The position numbers were made by a program, and so were the translations under genes. This document shows, in pieces, positions 11,231-23,880 of a stretch of 64,000 nt of DNA; position 1 is the first letter of the stretch, and every line of letters starts with the position of its first letter. Origin of the DNA: Marsupella aquatica (Eukaryota > Plantae > Marchantiophyta); contig OZ316898.1 of assembly GCA_973895155.1 (NCBI GenBank), positions 16,101,320-16,165,319 on the forward strand, in the 5' to 3' direction. The notes under the pieces were generated by a model. It was not told where the DNA came from, did not search any database, and saw only the letters and a program-made list of their open reading frames with translations.

Positions 11231-14200
11231 TGTTCCGTCCTTATTTAGACTAGGCGACTATTCCGAGCCGGGGAAACAACCCGACACTTGAAATCTTAGT
11301 TTTGGTTCATATTTTTCCCATAGATGCTAGGAGGTCCCTAGAGCACCCCTAAAAAGTTAGATGTCAAGTGGGGTCTCAACCTAGGGTTTCCTTGTGTTTT
11401 GGTGTGACTTAAATTAACAAAATAGCGGGTCCCGGGAAAAATAGCTGATGAGTAAATTTAGGAGTTCCAAGTTTGGAAGTGGGTTAAATATGGTCCACTC
11501 TATCCCTGGAAACTTGTGGTAGAAGCTGGGTATCTTTGGTTACTTTTTGGGAGCATCTCAAAGGTGAGAAGAATTTTGGACAACATAATAATTGACCCAC
11601 TTTACCTAATTTTAGAAAATTGGTGATAAGGTTTTGTTTAGATATTAGTAAACCGGGACATAGTCCTATGTCCAGAAAATATGTATATATACTCAGCAGT
11701 CATTTTTGACTCATGTGTGATTTTTGGGGGCGGTCCAAAACGGCCTGAAAATACTGTTTTCCCAACAAAAAAATCCGAAATTTTTCCAAGTGTCAACCGC
11801 GTCGGCGGCGACCACGACTTAAGCATGAGGCCGGGGTGACTCAAGCACGAGGTCAGGAACACCATAAGGGTCAATACATGAGATGCTTGCTTCGAATTGG
11901 GATCAAGAGGCAGCTATGAAATTGAATTGAGCTGCTATAGCTTCAGGCATGGGATGCTGATCAGAATTGGCTGGCTGCCTCGATGCTGCTGATTGGAATA
12001 GAGTTGCTTGCTATGGAGAAATAGGCTGCTGCTGATCAAGAGCTAGTTGGTTGGCTGTGAGCTATGGTGGGCTACGAAATTGAAAGGCTGGCGGCTGATC
12101 AGATGGACTGCTGCACAAGAATTGATTAGCGGATCAACAAGGAAGAGGGCTGTTGCTGCGAATTGAAGAGCTATGGTTGCAAAATAGGATTGCTGCTAGC
12201 TGTGAAATTGCAGAGGTGGACAGTTGCGAAATTGAGAAGAGAGACCTACTTGGCTGAGTGATTGGAATAGAGCTAGTTGCTGAGAAGGAATCAAGCTATA
12301 GCTGCTGCTGCTGTGCTTCGAATCTACTGCTGTGCTTCAAATGTGTTGTTGTGCTGTTGTGCTACTAGCTGCGAATTGGTGGGCTATGGCTGCTGCAAAA
12401 TTCTACTGCGATTTTGAATCACTTGCAAGGCTAGATGGCTATGGAGGTGGACTGAGAAGGGTGCTGCAAACCTGGTTGAGCTGTAGATTGACCTGCTGCC
12501 ATTCGAATCCAATAGAGAATGATGCAGTTTCAGATTGAATTCAAGAGAGAGGAAAATGGCTGCGAAAATTGATGTCCTTATCAAATTCTTCATAAGAAAC
12601 GTGAGTATAATGAGAGTACTCTCCCCTAGTGACACCTGGAATCTCCATAAGGGGCGTGTAAGGTAAGTGTAATCGGGTCGCCGCTTACACCCACTTTACA
12701 CCAAAAACAGACCTTGGGAGAATGGGCATAACTTTGGCTAGGGGTATCCGTTGGGGCCCAATTTTTTGTGTTGAGTTAGGGGAAGATAAGGCACCCCTTG
12801 GTGAAGGTGGAAACCCAGAAAAAGAGTCACTAAAATATATTTTTAGCCGAGGCCACTAGGGGTTCCCGATAGCTTGCAAACCAAAGTCGGCATAGGGGAA
12901 TGACTACCAGATTTAGGGGCTGACCTTTCTTGCACCCATGCCACTTTAGTTAGGCTCTAGGGAAGGGTACTTACCTTTTTTCAAAGGTCTAAGGCCATCA
13001 TGTTAAGAAAAGTAAGTATAGGGGGTAGTTTACTTAGGGTAGTAAAGGGGTTACAAGTAAAATAAGGTCATCTTTGACTAGGCACACCTTGAGACTCACT
13101 CACTCTTTTTGCGAGCTTTCAAGTGGGTTGGGAAGCTGGTGAGGAGGACCATAAGTGGGAGCAGGTTTGGAGGTCAAAGCATGCAACTCATGTGTGGCAT
13201 ATTCCAGGGTTTGGAAGGAGTGCAAACAATAGGTTGTAGGGTGGGCTACGAACTATAGAGTTGGACTTTGTGTGTTAGGAGGACTTGGGGGAGGAGTAGT
13301 TGGACCCCAGGTCAAGCTTGGTGTGGTGTGGAAGGAGAATAGTATATAAGGAGTAAGTTTTTATTTGTTAGGGACCGGGAGTCTCATCTCTTAAGTGGAA
13401 TCTCTACCTTGCCAAGGTAGGGCTAAGCTTGAGAAGGGAGAGGTGGTCCATGCTTAGTGTGGAGAATGTGTAATGAACTTTTGTTGTAAAGGTGATGCAA
13501 TAAAAGGAGACTTGTCAATCTTCATTGTGACCATTAAGTGTGAGTGCATTTGAAGTATATGAAGAGCAAGATAAGAGTCCATGCTATGATGTAATCTTGG
13601 TCTAAGCTCAAAGGGGATGTGCTAGTACAAAACCAAGGCCAAGGAGGCAAGGTTAAGGTAGAGCACTACTTTGAGACTTAGAAAGGATTATAACTTGAGG
13701 GTGGAAAGTATTTTGCTTGGTGTGTGGTGTTAACAAGAAGTAAGAACAAGAGGAAGAGTCCTTAGATAGAGGAGCCTTCTCTAGAGCTCAAAAGGGATGT
13801 GTGGATCCAAACCAAGGCCAGGGGGCAAGGTTGAGGGGTAACACTACTTTGAGGGTCTTGAGGAGACTTAAGCTTGAAGAGGAAAGTACTTTGGTTCTTG
13901 GGTGTTTGTGTGAGAATCTACTCTAAGGTGACAGCTTGGAGCAGAGATCCCCCTTGCTGATCCTTGGAGTAGAGGAGAGGGGAAGGGTGTGAGTACAAAA
14001 GTAGTCAAGGGGACTACCTCTCTAGAAGTGGAGAGTTGAAACTACTTATGTATGGAGTGATTAGACATTGTAGGCAAATTTCATAAGTTTTGTCAATCCT
14101 TTGTGACCTTGGTATGATATGGAGCAGGTATTAGGTAGTCTTTTGGGGAGAAAAGTCGCTTAAGCTCCTTGACAAGTGTTTGACAGCAAAATAGAAGGTC

Positions 14201-15240
14201 GTCAAGCTGATTGCCAGTAGGAGTACACAAGAACTCGGCCTTGATGAATTCTCCTCCTAAGAAGGCAGATTTCTACAGCTCCCACAGTCGAGCGAGCTCC
14301 TGCCATTCTCGAGCTGCTCTCTCTGATTCTTCATCCTCGTAAGTCCCAATGTACTCAGTTGCCCGTTCGTGCTTGCAAATGAGCCACCATTCCTCGCGAG
14401 CTATCCTTACCCCTCTCCTCCTCTAGTCTTCCCTACCGTTGGTTACCCCTAGCCGCCAACACTTAGTGCGCCCTAACCCTAATCGTATTCTCCCCCCCGG
14501 CGTCCTTACTTCCAGCCTCGGCCCGGGTTCCATAGTCACCCTTGATTGTTTATATTTTCCTCATTCTTGTAACTATACTAAGTTGTTTCTAGGGTACACT
14601 TCCGTTTTCCCATTTAACTGGCCTAGTGATTCCTGGTTAGGCATCACAGGGATCATTGTCTTTGACAAACTTCTTGAGCCGCCTAATATGGTAGCTTTTG
14701 CCCACGCCCATTTCCTTAGGTGTCTCCAACACCACCAAAACCGAATTATCCTTGTGGGCCCATCATATGATACGATAGGGCCCCGCATATCTGGGAGCCA
14801 GCTTCCTACTTATGTTTCCGTGGTATTGTTCAGGTCTCAACTGCAATCAGACGCTCTCCCCAATTTCAAAGCTTACCTCGCGTCGATGTTTATCCCCTTG
14901 CTCCTTGTACCGACTTTGGGCAAAGGTCATACCCTTGGTAGCCGCTTCCACAACTAGGCGCCGCTCTCAAATAAAATTGTTTGCAGAAGGAACCTTGCTT
15001 TCCGTCCGCCAAGCTTCTGAATTTATAAACCAAGAGGGCGCCCTTGGCGTCCTCCCTATGGCCAACACAAACGGCGCAAACCCTATCGCCGAATGCTTGG
15101 TTGAGTTATACCTAAACTTGGCCATTGTTAAGTGCTTTGCCCAATCCTTTTGATGGCCGTCACAAAGTGACGCAAGTAGTCCTCCAAAATACCATTCACC
15201 CGTTCCGTTTGGCCATCTGTCTCATGATGATACGCTAAAC
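11231..15240 (-). mobile_element. Ty3/Gypsy LTR retrotransposon remnant (integrase fragment plus probable LTR/3' region)
   Basis: Minus strand ~14700-15240 reads AYHHETDGQTERVNGILEDYLRHFV...KDWAKHL...YNSTKHSAIGFAPF...PRYAGPYRII with frameshifts; composition changes abruptly at TG 11231; LTR limits not resolved. Confidence 0.7.
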
Positions 15241-16544
15241 CTCATTCAAGTCCAAAGTCCTCTTCAGATTGTCTGAACTCCTATCTGAACTCCTGAACTG
15301 GATGAAGTCTTGTCTGAATGTGAAGTTCAGATTGGCAATCTCAAATGGCAAGTTCTGAACTCTTGTCTGAACTTCATCCACCCTTCTAAACTGGGATTTG
15401 TGCTATGTGTATAGACTCCACATTGTTGCTTCTCCCTTTCGGGCCAGCCCTCCTTGTGAAACGTAGGAGCACGATCATGGCACTTACACATAGTCTGACA
15501 TTCAAAAAATGCTACTTCTCAGTAGCATGTTTCGAGTAGTTTGCCTGTGTGTTGAGCCCGGGGTTGAGCCTAATTATTTGTTTATTGCTTTAGTAACATG
15601 CATGGCCAATTGGTTTCTCTTCATGTAAAGGCAAGTTTTTGAAACTTACTACTTGAATTGGTGGTTTGAATTTAGTTAAGTGTTGAGAAATTAGCATTCA
15701 CACTAACTATTTTTCTTTTGTGATTGAGTTCTCTTTGCTATTGAATGTATTGAATAATTATTTCATCACAGAAATTTTCAGAACAAACACGGAAGCACCA
15801 GGGGGCTGAGGATTGGATATTGAGGCTGAAGACATTGAGGTAATAAACTGGGTGTGGTTCGGGTGACAATGTTAGCAACTGGTGCTTCTTCAGGGGAACT
15901 TCCCATGTGCAATTTATCCACACATGATTGACTTTGGTTCTTGCTGTTTTTCTTTTGGTGTACTCTTCAGTTTGGTGTCACTCTATCCTTTCCTGTAGCC
16001 TCGAAATAGGAACACACCTGCTTAGTGGTCCCCAATTGCCCAATGATTTATAATGCCTATGTCTAGGCGATGTATGCATTGCGTGTTCATTCCAGAAGAA
16101 TGAATATGTACACTTTGCACAACCTGGACAGATTTTGAATGTTATTTATCTGAGTTTCTGTTTGTGAGCTCTGACTTGGAGCCTTAACATTTGTGTTTCT
16201 GTGGGGCTGAGCAGAGTTTGTTCCGTCCAGAAGCTGCTGTACTGAAGTGATCGGCCTCCGGCTTGGAGGTGAATCTTCAATTTTTTGTGGATCCGAGTGA
16301 CTTCTGTCCAGCTGAGTTTTGCTTTGTCGGGACGATTGTGTTTGGCTAAGATGCTAGATTGTGGCTTGTCTTCTTGCTTCCAGCTTGTGTATATTCAATT
16401 AATAGAAGTTGGGAACGAGGTGATAATTGAATTTCCTTATATTAAGCATCTTGACCTAGAAACTCAATACATAAACTCCTGGAGTCCCTCAGGACATAAA
16501 ATGAGCCAAATTGTTTCAAAATTGGGAACCTGCACCCGCACTAC

Positions 16545-16884
16545 TCAAACAAATGTGTTGGGCTTGGTGGCCTTGTAAGTCGTCTTTAGCTTTCGCGATG
16601 GAGGTTGAATCTTGCGGTACGTCAAGGGGAACTTGATCTTTGAATCATGGAACTGCTTGGTACTTTCTCGCTTGCACAAAGAGACAGGGACTGTCGTAGT
16701 CTTGATGATCTGGATGCAAGGGAACCGAACTCTATGACAAGAAGCCATCTCATCATACATCTGCTGTGTGGTTGTTTAATGTGGTATCACAATATTTCTT
16801 GTACATGTTGGGATAACCTGTACAACTCTGATACCTCACCCAGATACCGAAGTTCTTAATTGTGGTGGGCTTCTTTTTGAAGAT
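16545..16884 (-). pseudogene. RPL18A: 60S ribosomal protein L18a (eL20) terminal-exon pseudogene fragment
   Basis: After a ...taccag acceptor: [37 protein letters not shown], then a frameshift, then [22 protein letters not shown]...KPNTFV*; N-terminal exons not found. Confidence 0.88.
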
Positions 16885-18963
16885 CTGGTAGACACATTAT
16901 TCAGCATTTGCTAACTTCGAAACTAGAAGGGTAACACATTAAACAACAGAGAAACTCACAACATCCTCCTTTGGTCCTTCAGAGTCTGTACTTTGATTAT
17001 GAAGTTTGACTGAGTTTCTGTTTACTGAAAGAATGTGACTGTGTAAGAGTTCCGTTTGGCAGTGGATTGGTTGAAGCACTTCATGCTAGTGTGTTGTCCA
17101 CAGCTCTTCAACCAGCTTTCGTCTTCCTTGTCTTTCACCACTTACGATGACATCAATTCAGCTAAGACCATAGAAGGTTCCAAAGCATCTAACTTGTAAA
17201 ATCACATTCTGTTACATCAAGGACTAAGGTGTTGGGTGCCAAAGGAGACAGCACAACAAACACGCTGAAAAGACTTCAGCATTGGGTTCAACAAGGTAGT
17301 GAAGGTGCTTAGAGCCATAGTAAGTATGCATTCTGTATCTTTCTCTGTTGATGTGAGCTTGTGCATAATGGGAGTTGTAGTTGGCAAGAGTTCCAAATAT
17401 GAATAGATCCAGAAGTATGTGATCATGTACTTGCTCTATAAAGTTCTGAAGATATAAGCATTTTCTGTCAGACCAGGCAACTTGGGAGTTGGTAAGTGTC
17501 ACCTGCATCTGAGGGGCTACACCGGGGGCATCAGTGGAGGTTCACTTGCACAACACGACAACCAGTGAATTTTCTCTCTGCTGCAACCTGCAAGGTGAGA
17601 CTTTCGGTCTTTCTGGATGAAAAAACAGGATTTTAATATGATTGATATACATGTCTGTCGAGAATATGGGTTTATCACCAAGCTCTTTGTCTTAGGAAAC
17701 TCATAAACTCAGAATCAAATATGTACTATGCACGTTTCATGCTATGTGTATACTATGACCTGTAGTTGGAACCAAGACAATGAGTGGGAACTGATTAGTT
17801 TAGGTGGTTGTTGTTGGCGAGGCAAGTCGACCTCCTGCTCACCTTGCTCATCAAAGGACGTGAACAGACTGAGGACATCACAACAAAAGCAACACTTATG
17901 GTGAGGACCCGCAACGCTGAACATGTGCGACTTGCACGCAAGGCAGAGATGTTGCGCCTTGAGTATGTCAGACTTGGGATCCTTCCAGCCCAGTCTGCAT
18001 GGTACTTTGAGTACCCTGTTGTTTCCAGGAACAACTACAGCCGGCCTCTACCTGCTTCAGTACCTTCCCGACATCCTTGGTATTTGTGTCTCTTGTACAT
18101 GACCCGCCACAAATTAGGTGCCAAGGGTGTGTACACAGTTGCCAATATGACTGTCCTGCCTGTAGGGCTTCTGGCCCAGAATTGGATGACCATTCTCTTG
18201 GATGCCGATTTTTGCACAGAGCACAATGTATCATCTGGAACCACTCGCCATCCTGCAGTGTGCCTGGTGATGTCACTTGTCCTACCCTCCCAGACCCCAC
18301 CACCGGTGACTTTGGTGTCTACACATGTTTGGATCACATGCTCTAGAGGACCACTTGTCACATCGCATGCACAGACCAGATACCATTGACCTATAGCTTA
18401 ACACTCTGACTTCAACACAGAGGATATTTACTTAAAATTTTGATGTATGAGCAATTTTGGGTCCAGGGTTTAGGGTCAACAGTACATAACTTATATCCTA
18501 TTATGCCTGCACTAAGAAAAATATCCTAATTTAAGAGGCTAGCAAACTCGCATAAAAGTCTCTATTGAAAGACTGCTTTCATGACTGCTTTAACCTGGTG
18601 AACATTGCAACGTTCAATGAATTAATGGGCCATGTGATAACCTGTAAAATGTGATTTATGCATCACTTATTTGTCTCAGCCACTATCATAGCCTATTTAG
18701 GATGTATAAATTTCAACCCTTATGACACTGCTTCATACCAATCCTCTTCGAAGAATGCCTGTTTTACATGTCACAACTATTGTATGTGATTCAAATGCAT
18801 AAAATGTTGTTGCAGATCTCCTTTGGTGAATCATAGCCACAATTAAAATTGAGGTGTTGGTGGAGCAATTGTATTAGGGGATCAGGTTTGTGTGTGGGCT
18901 CAACATACCAAAAGTATGTCTACTCTGCATCCTTGTGTGGCCATTCCAATTCATTGCAGTAGC

Positions 18964-19106
18964 AAATGCCTTTGTACCTTAAATGCTAAATATATTTTAC
19001 TTTCTGTGCAGTCTGCTAAATTGTAGAGTCTATCTAAATGCCTTTGTACCTTAAATGCTAAATATATATTACTTTCTGTGCAGTCTGCTAAACTGTAGAG
19101 TCTATC
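18964..19106. repeat. ~72-bp tandem duplication upstream of the PHD ORF (also in copy 2 at ~58574-58716)
   Basis: aaatgcctttgtaccttaaatgctaaatata..actttctgtgcagtctgctaaa.tgtagagtctatct occurs twice. Confidence 0.85.
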
Positions 19107-19118
19107 TCATGCGCAGGC

Positions 19119-19800
19119 ATGGCACGACCTAAAATTCAAGCCAAAAAGCGTGTGACAGAGGTGAGAAACACAGGTGTACTTGGGGCAGATGCTACTAACT
19201 TCTCTGCAAGTCAGATTTTCCAGAAGGCAACTCATTGTTGTGCCATTTGTGACGATGGTGGGGGCCTGGTCATTTGTGAGGGCCCTTGCATGAGGCATTT
19301 CCACCTCAACCCGGAGTCTGACCTTGCTGCAGAAAACAACTGTCCAGGGGTGGGCCTTCCGTCAACACACCAGGGAGACTAGATGTGCACTGATTGTTTG
19401 GAGAAGCAGGCTAAGTATGCACAGTGTGGGAAGTTGGGGTCCTATGAGGGCTCTGTTGATGCTGCAGCAAATGTTAGGAAATGTCCAGACCGTTTTTGTG
19501 TGAGATTTTTTTGTTTTGAGTGTTTGCCTGCTCATGCCACAGCTTGCCCACTTCATAGGTGCAAGGCATGTGGTGAGCATGATGATGACTACTGGACTGA
19601 CATAGTCCACTGTGCTAGGTGTCCCACTATGTGGCACTATCATTGCCTGAAAGATCGTCAAGCAGAGGGTTATGCTTGTGACAGAGAAATCTATGATCAC
19701 TTTGCACATGGTGTTGATCGATGGATATTTTATTGTCATCGCCATGCCATTTGATCCTACCTCGCGCACTCCTGTGAGAGATCACATATCTTGGCTGTGA
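19119..19800 (+). pseudogene. EDM2-like triple-PHD finger cargo gene, disrupted copy
   Basis: CAICDDGGGLVICEGPCMRHFH...; TGG>TAG at 19380-19382 and a 1-bp frameshift near 19751 relative to copy 2. Confidence 0.82.
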
Positions 19801-20386
19801 AGCTGAACATTGTACATGCACAGTGCACCTGATGTGGATGTACTATTTTTTGAGATTGCAGAGATTCCAATTTTGAAAAGGAGTTGGGTAGGTGAGTTTA
19901 TATAGGCAGCACTTATCTTGTGCTCTGGCGTCAGTGGCTGGGTACATGCCTATACAAACTTATCCTTACAAGCCTTCTTGGAAGTATTTAGGCTGAGTGG
20001 TCATTTTCATAAACACTTTCATCAGACTGCTAAATTAAAACAGGACTTCTAAGTTGTAAGCGTATAAATTATCAGGCATGCAATTAATCAAATTGCCCTA
20101 TAAGTTTGTCATTGAATGTATCCTCCTTTACAACAAAATATGTATGTGCCATGACAAGTTGGTTGCACTTCATTTCACCACGGATATGGATTTTGTAGTA
20201 TATATTCAAACAATGTCCTGCATCCGTGCAGGTGCCTAGTACGTATTGTTCACATATCCCTTGTACCTATCAAAATCGGACCTGAGCACTAGTGGGCCAG
20301 ATCAACTCAAAAAGCAGGAATTTTGTTGTCCTTGTATTGTCAGGTGAACCCATTCTTCCAAAATTCACTGTCATCACGTAGGGTGT

Positions 20387-21265
20387 GTGTACATGGAGCC
20401 TAGGAAACGTAGAAAGTGTGACCACCCAGCAGTGTTTACAGGGGTCAGAGCGATTTTGGTCCATGGCCAGCATGGGTTGACCAAAGTGCATTGGCCAATT
20501 GTACAGAAACGATTCTCTGAGCTCCATGGCACTGTAGTTCAGGACATCACTCCAGAGACTACACATGTTGTTGCATGGACATGGCTATTAGTGATAAAGA
20601 AGTGGTCATGGTCCTACATGAATTCTGCAATTACTAAGCAAGGCCTAAAAGTAGTTGAGGCCTCTTGGATCACAGATTCCATAGCACATAAGATTGTATA
20701 GGATACTGAGCAATATGAGTTGTGGGAGGATGAAGAAGCTACTGCATCAGCTTGGGCTGAACAAGAAGTCTGGGAAGCAAAGGCACGGCTTGCTGATCTC
20801 CAATATGGACCTGTACTCAACAAAGGACAGAGCTCTACAAGGCTGAAGAGTATGTTGGCTGAGGAGACGAAGCAACCAACCCCCATTCTGAAAGGGCTGA
20901 GCATGGTATTTGTGGAGGCGGGAATTGGAGAAGTTAAGTGCAAAGTGTACAAGTCCACAGTGCTTGACCTAGGTGGGACAGTGGAGGAGAATATAACAGA
21001 GGACACCACTCATGTCATTACTAAGTCATATCCCAAAGCCTGCCGCAAGTTTGGGAAGGGAGACATTCGCTTTTATGTCATGTCCCATAATGTGTTTGTG
21101 GTTTCATATGCTTGGCTTGTGGAATCAGTAGCAGCTGGGAAGCGTCAAAACCCAATGGACTATGATCTTTTTGAGGCCTGGCCACGGAAGGGTCAGGATC
21201 CTTACAGAGAGGACTATGAGACAACAAGTGAGGAATGGGTCATTAGCGATTCTGAATCAGAGTGA
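20387..21265 (+). pseudogene. Tandem BRCT-domain cargo gene (Pol lambda-like BRCT), one in-frame TAG at 20699-20701
   Basis: ORFs 20387-20701 and 20720-21265 share a frame; two repeats with G-T-V...IT..TTHV...W..[DE]S BRCT signatures. Confidence 0.8.
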
Positions 21266-21698
21266 GGAGTAGTAGCATCAGTTTGGACACAAGTTTTTTT
21301 GTATAAATCAGATCATTGAAATAAATGTGATCTTTGAACTAATGTACCTTGTTATGGTTGGTGGCAGTTGGGCTTATTTTACTGTTGGCGGATTGTTGTT
21401 TCCTGTTGCCTGGGGGTGTCACTGTAAACGTACATGCAGAGGCGGTACATTTGAGGACAGCGGAGGAGGTGGTGACACCCTCCAACATTTAGGAATTTTG
21501 TGTCATTCACTTGACAATAGGTACACTACTTGCGAACCTGTTTTTTTCTTTTGGGGTGGTTTAGGGTTTGTGAGAATTTAGTACACGTTATGTTAACTCT
21601 TTTGGCAGATACAGTCAGGGATATATGGAACACAAATACCACCATTAGGCATCCTTGTTCACTGCTGTCCATGACTGCAGAGCTCCCAGCCTGTTACA

Positions 21699-23749
21699 AT
21701 GCACCCTGGTCACCACCCTCCCCAGACCCAGCCCAGGGCACAAGCACTGCCTTTGCATCATCCCACAAGGATATCACGCCATGATAATAAGCTTTGGCAG
21801 CGTGAAAGGTTACGAACCAGACTTTCAGGAGCCAGTAGGATGAGATGTCCTTGTGCAATCTGCCAAGGATCCCGTACCAGGGGTCTGAATGAGGTTTGGC
21901 GGCATATTGCGGTTCATGGAAGAGATCCACGACATCGAGTTTGGAATGATCCTGCAGAGGAAGATTCTTCCGACGAGGAGTGGAGGTTAGAATTTGATGC
22001 TGCCAATGCTGCAAGACGGGCAAGTGAGGTTCTGCCTGGTGCATTTGAAAATGTTGTAGCTGGTCTCTGTGGGTTGTCAGCTCTCCAACGGGATGGTGCT
22101 CAGGCAGCACCACGTGACGAAGGAATTCATGTGGAAGAGATGGTGAGAGACATCTTCCAAGACTTGGATGCATTTCATGATGGGCTGGACAACGAAGAGG
22201 ATACGGCTGCAGATGCAAGTGTGCCCCCTGTCGAAGAGCCTCTTGATGAGTTTGAGATAGGGCAGGAAACCCCTGGGCATGATGGGATGTTTGGCTCTCC
22301 CCTGCAAATACAGGAAGGCAGGAAGTCTTTGTACCCCGGTAGCAAATGTTCTAAACTGGGATTTGTCATCATGTTCCTGAACATTTGCGGCAACCACAAT
22401 GTCCCCAGCGTTTTGGTTTCTGAGTTGTTGGCATTCTTGCGAACAACTGTGCTACCAGATGGTAATATTTTGCCCAAGAACATGTACGAGGCAAAAAGAT
22501 GCATATCTAATCTTGGATTGAACTATGATTCGATCCATGCCTGTCCTGATGGGCATGTTCTTTTCAGAAAGGAGTATAAAGAATCGTTGACATGCCCTAA
22601 GTGTGGGAAGCACAGGTATCGGAACTCAGGAAAGTCTATGGTTCCCGCCAAGGTAATTCGTCATTTCCACTCATTCCCAGACTTCAGCGGATGTTCAGAA
22701 GCCGTGCCATCTCGGAGATGATGACTTGGGCAACTGACAAGAAAAGTGATGATAGGCTACAACGACATGTTGCAGATTCAAGGCAATGGAAACTCATAGA
22801 TGAGATGTATCCCGAATTTGCTGCTGAGCCGAGGAATGTCAGACTTGGGCTGTCATTGGATGGGGTAAACCCATTTGGAGACAAGAACAACAAATTTTCG
22901 TGCTGGCCTGTAACTATTTTGAATTATAACCTTCCTCCTTGGATGACTACAAAGCGATTTTTTGTTCTGATGGTCCTACTGATACAAGGGCCAGACAGTG
23001 CTGTATCTGCCAACATAGATGTGTTTCTGGCTCCCCTAGTGGAGGAATTGAGAAAGCTTTGGGAGGAAGGAGTTCTCACATATGATGTCCTACAGAGGCT
23101 TGGGAGGTTAAACCCATTCATCCTTAGAGCCATTGTCATTCTGACTATAGCTGACTACCCAGCCCATGGGATGATATCAGGCCAAACAACAAAAGGATAT
23201 TGTGCTTGTACTATCTGTGGGCGCAATGTCACTAGTGAGTACTCCAGAGCCCTGCAGAAAGTGATATACATGGGCCATCGTCGTTTTCTGAAGGCAGATC
23301 ACCCTTACAGAGAAAGACAGGCACTGATTGCACACTTTGGCAATGAGATTGAGCAACGTGGACCCCCGGCACGAGTGACCAAAGAGGAGATCAGGCAGTG
23401 GGGAGCACTGAGGGATGACTATATCAAACGAGGGGGCAGGGAAGATGGAGTGAGTGATCCAATAAAGCGATATGGTGTAAAAAGACTAAGCATATTGGAC
23501 TTGGAGCTCAAGTACTGGAGGGTAAGCCTCTTGGAGTTGATGCTAATTGGGATACATGTTTTGGTTCAGAGCATGTGCATTCATTTCGAAGAGAGAGACT
23601 AAACTTGAGGCATTTCCTGACGCTTTTGCATTGCAACGATGCAGGAGTTTGAGCCAAGCAAACATAACATTGATGTTATGCACATTGAAAAGAATATTTG
23701 TGAGAGTCTACTCAGATTCTTGTGTGGAGAGAAGGACACTGGTTCAGTG
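21699..23749 (+). pseudogene. CACTA TnpD-like transposase, copy 1 (frameshifted, LINE-truncated)
   Basis: MRCPCAIC (Transpos_assoc), IHACPDGHVLF...CPKCG, RNVRLGLSLDGVNPFG (Transposase_21) and HNIDVMHIEKNICESLL; 1-bp deletion near 22665. Confidence 0.92.
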
Positions 23750-23880
23750 GTAATGGTAATGGTAATGGTAATGTATTATAAGCTCCGGGACCATGAAAGT
23801 CAAAGGAGCTGCCACAAAAAGTAAAGTACAATGCAATCAAAGAAAAGAGCAACCAAAAGAGATTGCTCAGAAGAGGACAA

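Larger units (their letters stand above)
17812..23749 (+). mobile_element. CACTA/EnSpm family A, copy 1 (both termini not found)
   Basis: Near-identical reverse complement of ~53941-59786 plus 63820-63899; contains PHD, BRCT and transposase ORFs; cut by a LINE at 23750; may extend further left. Confidence 0.88.

Noticed and set aside
13925-13955. Possible LTR end plus primer-binding site (gtgaca gcttggagcagag)
   Set aside because: Poor match to tRNA-Met PBS and orientation conflicts with the minus-strand integrase
14439-15153. Plus-strand ORFs of 172 and 113 aa, and similar antisense ORFs over KYNU, the LINEs and the transposases
   Set aside because: Shadow frames opposite recognisable coding sequence, with no motifs of their own
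20699-20701. Programmed readthrough or RNA editing of the BRCT TAG
   Set aside because: No recognised readthrough context; a CAG>TAG deamination predating the duplication is simpler, and similar stops occur throughout the element
23750-23773. (GGTAAT)n runs as telomeric or interstitial telomere repeats
   Set aside because: Only 3-4 units long and, apart from the 38961 case, attached to the LINE 3' UTR; they are LINE tails
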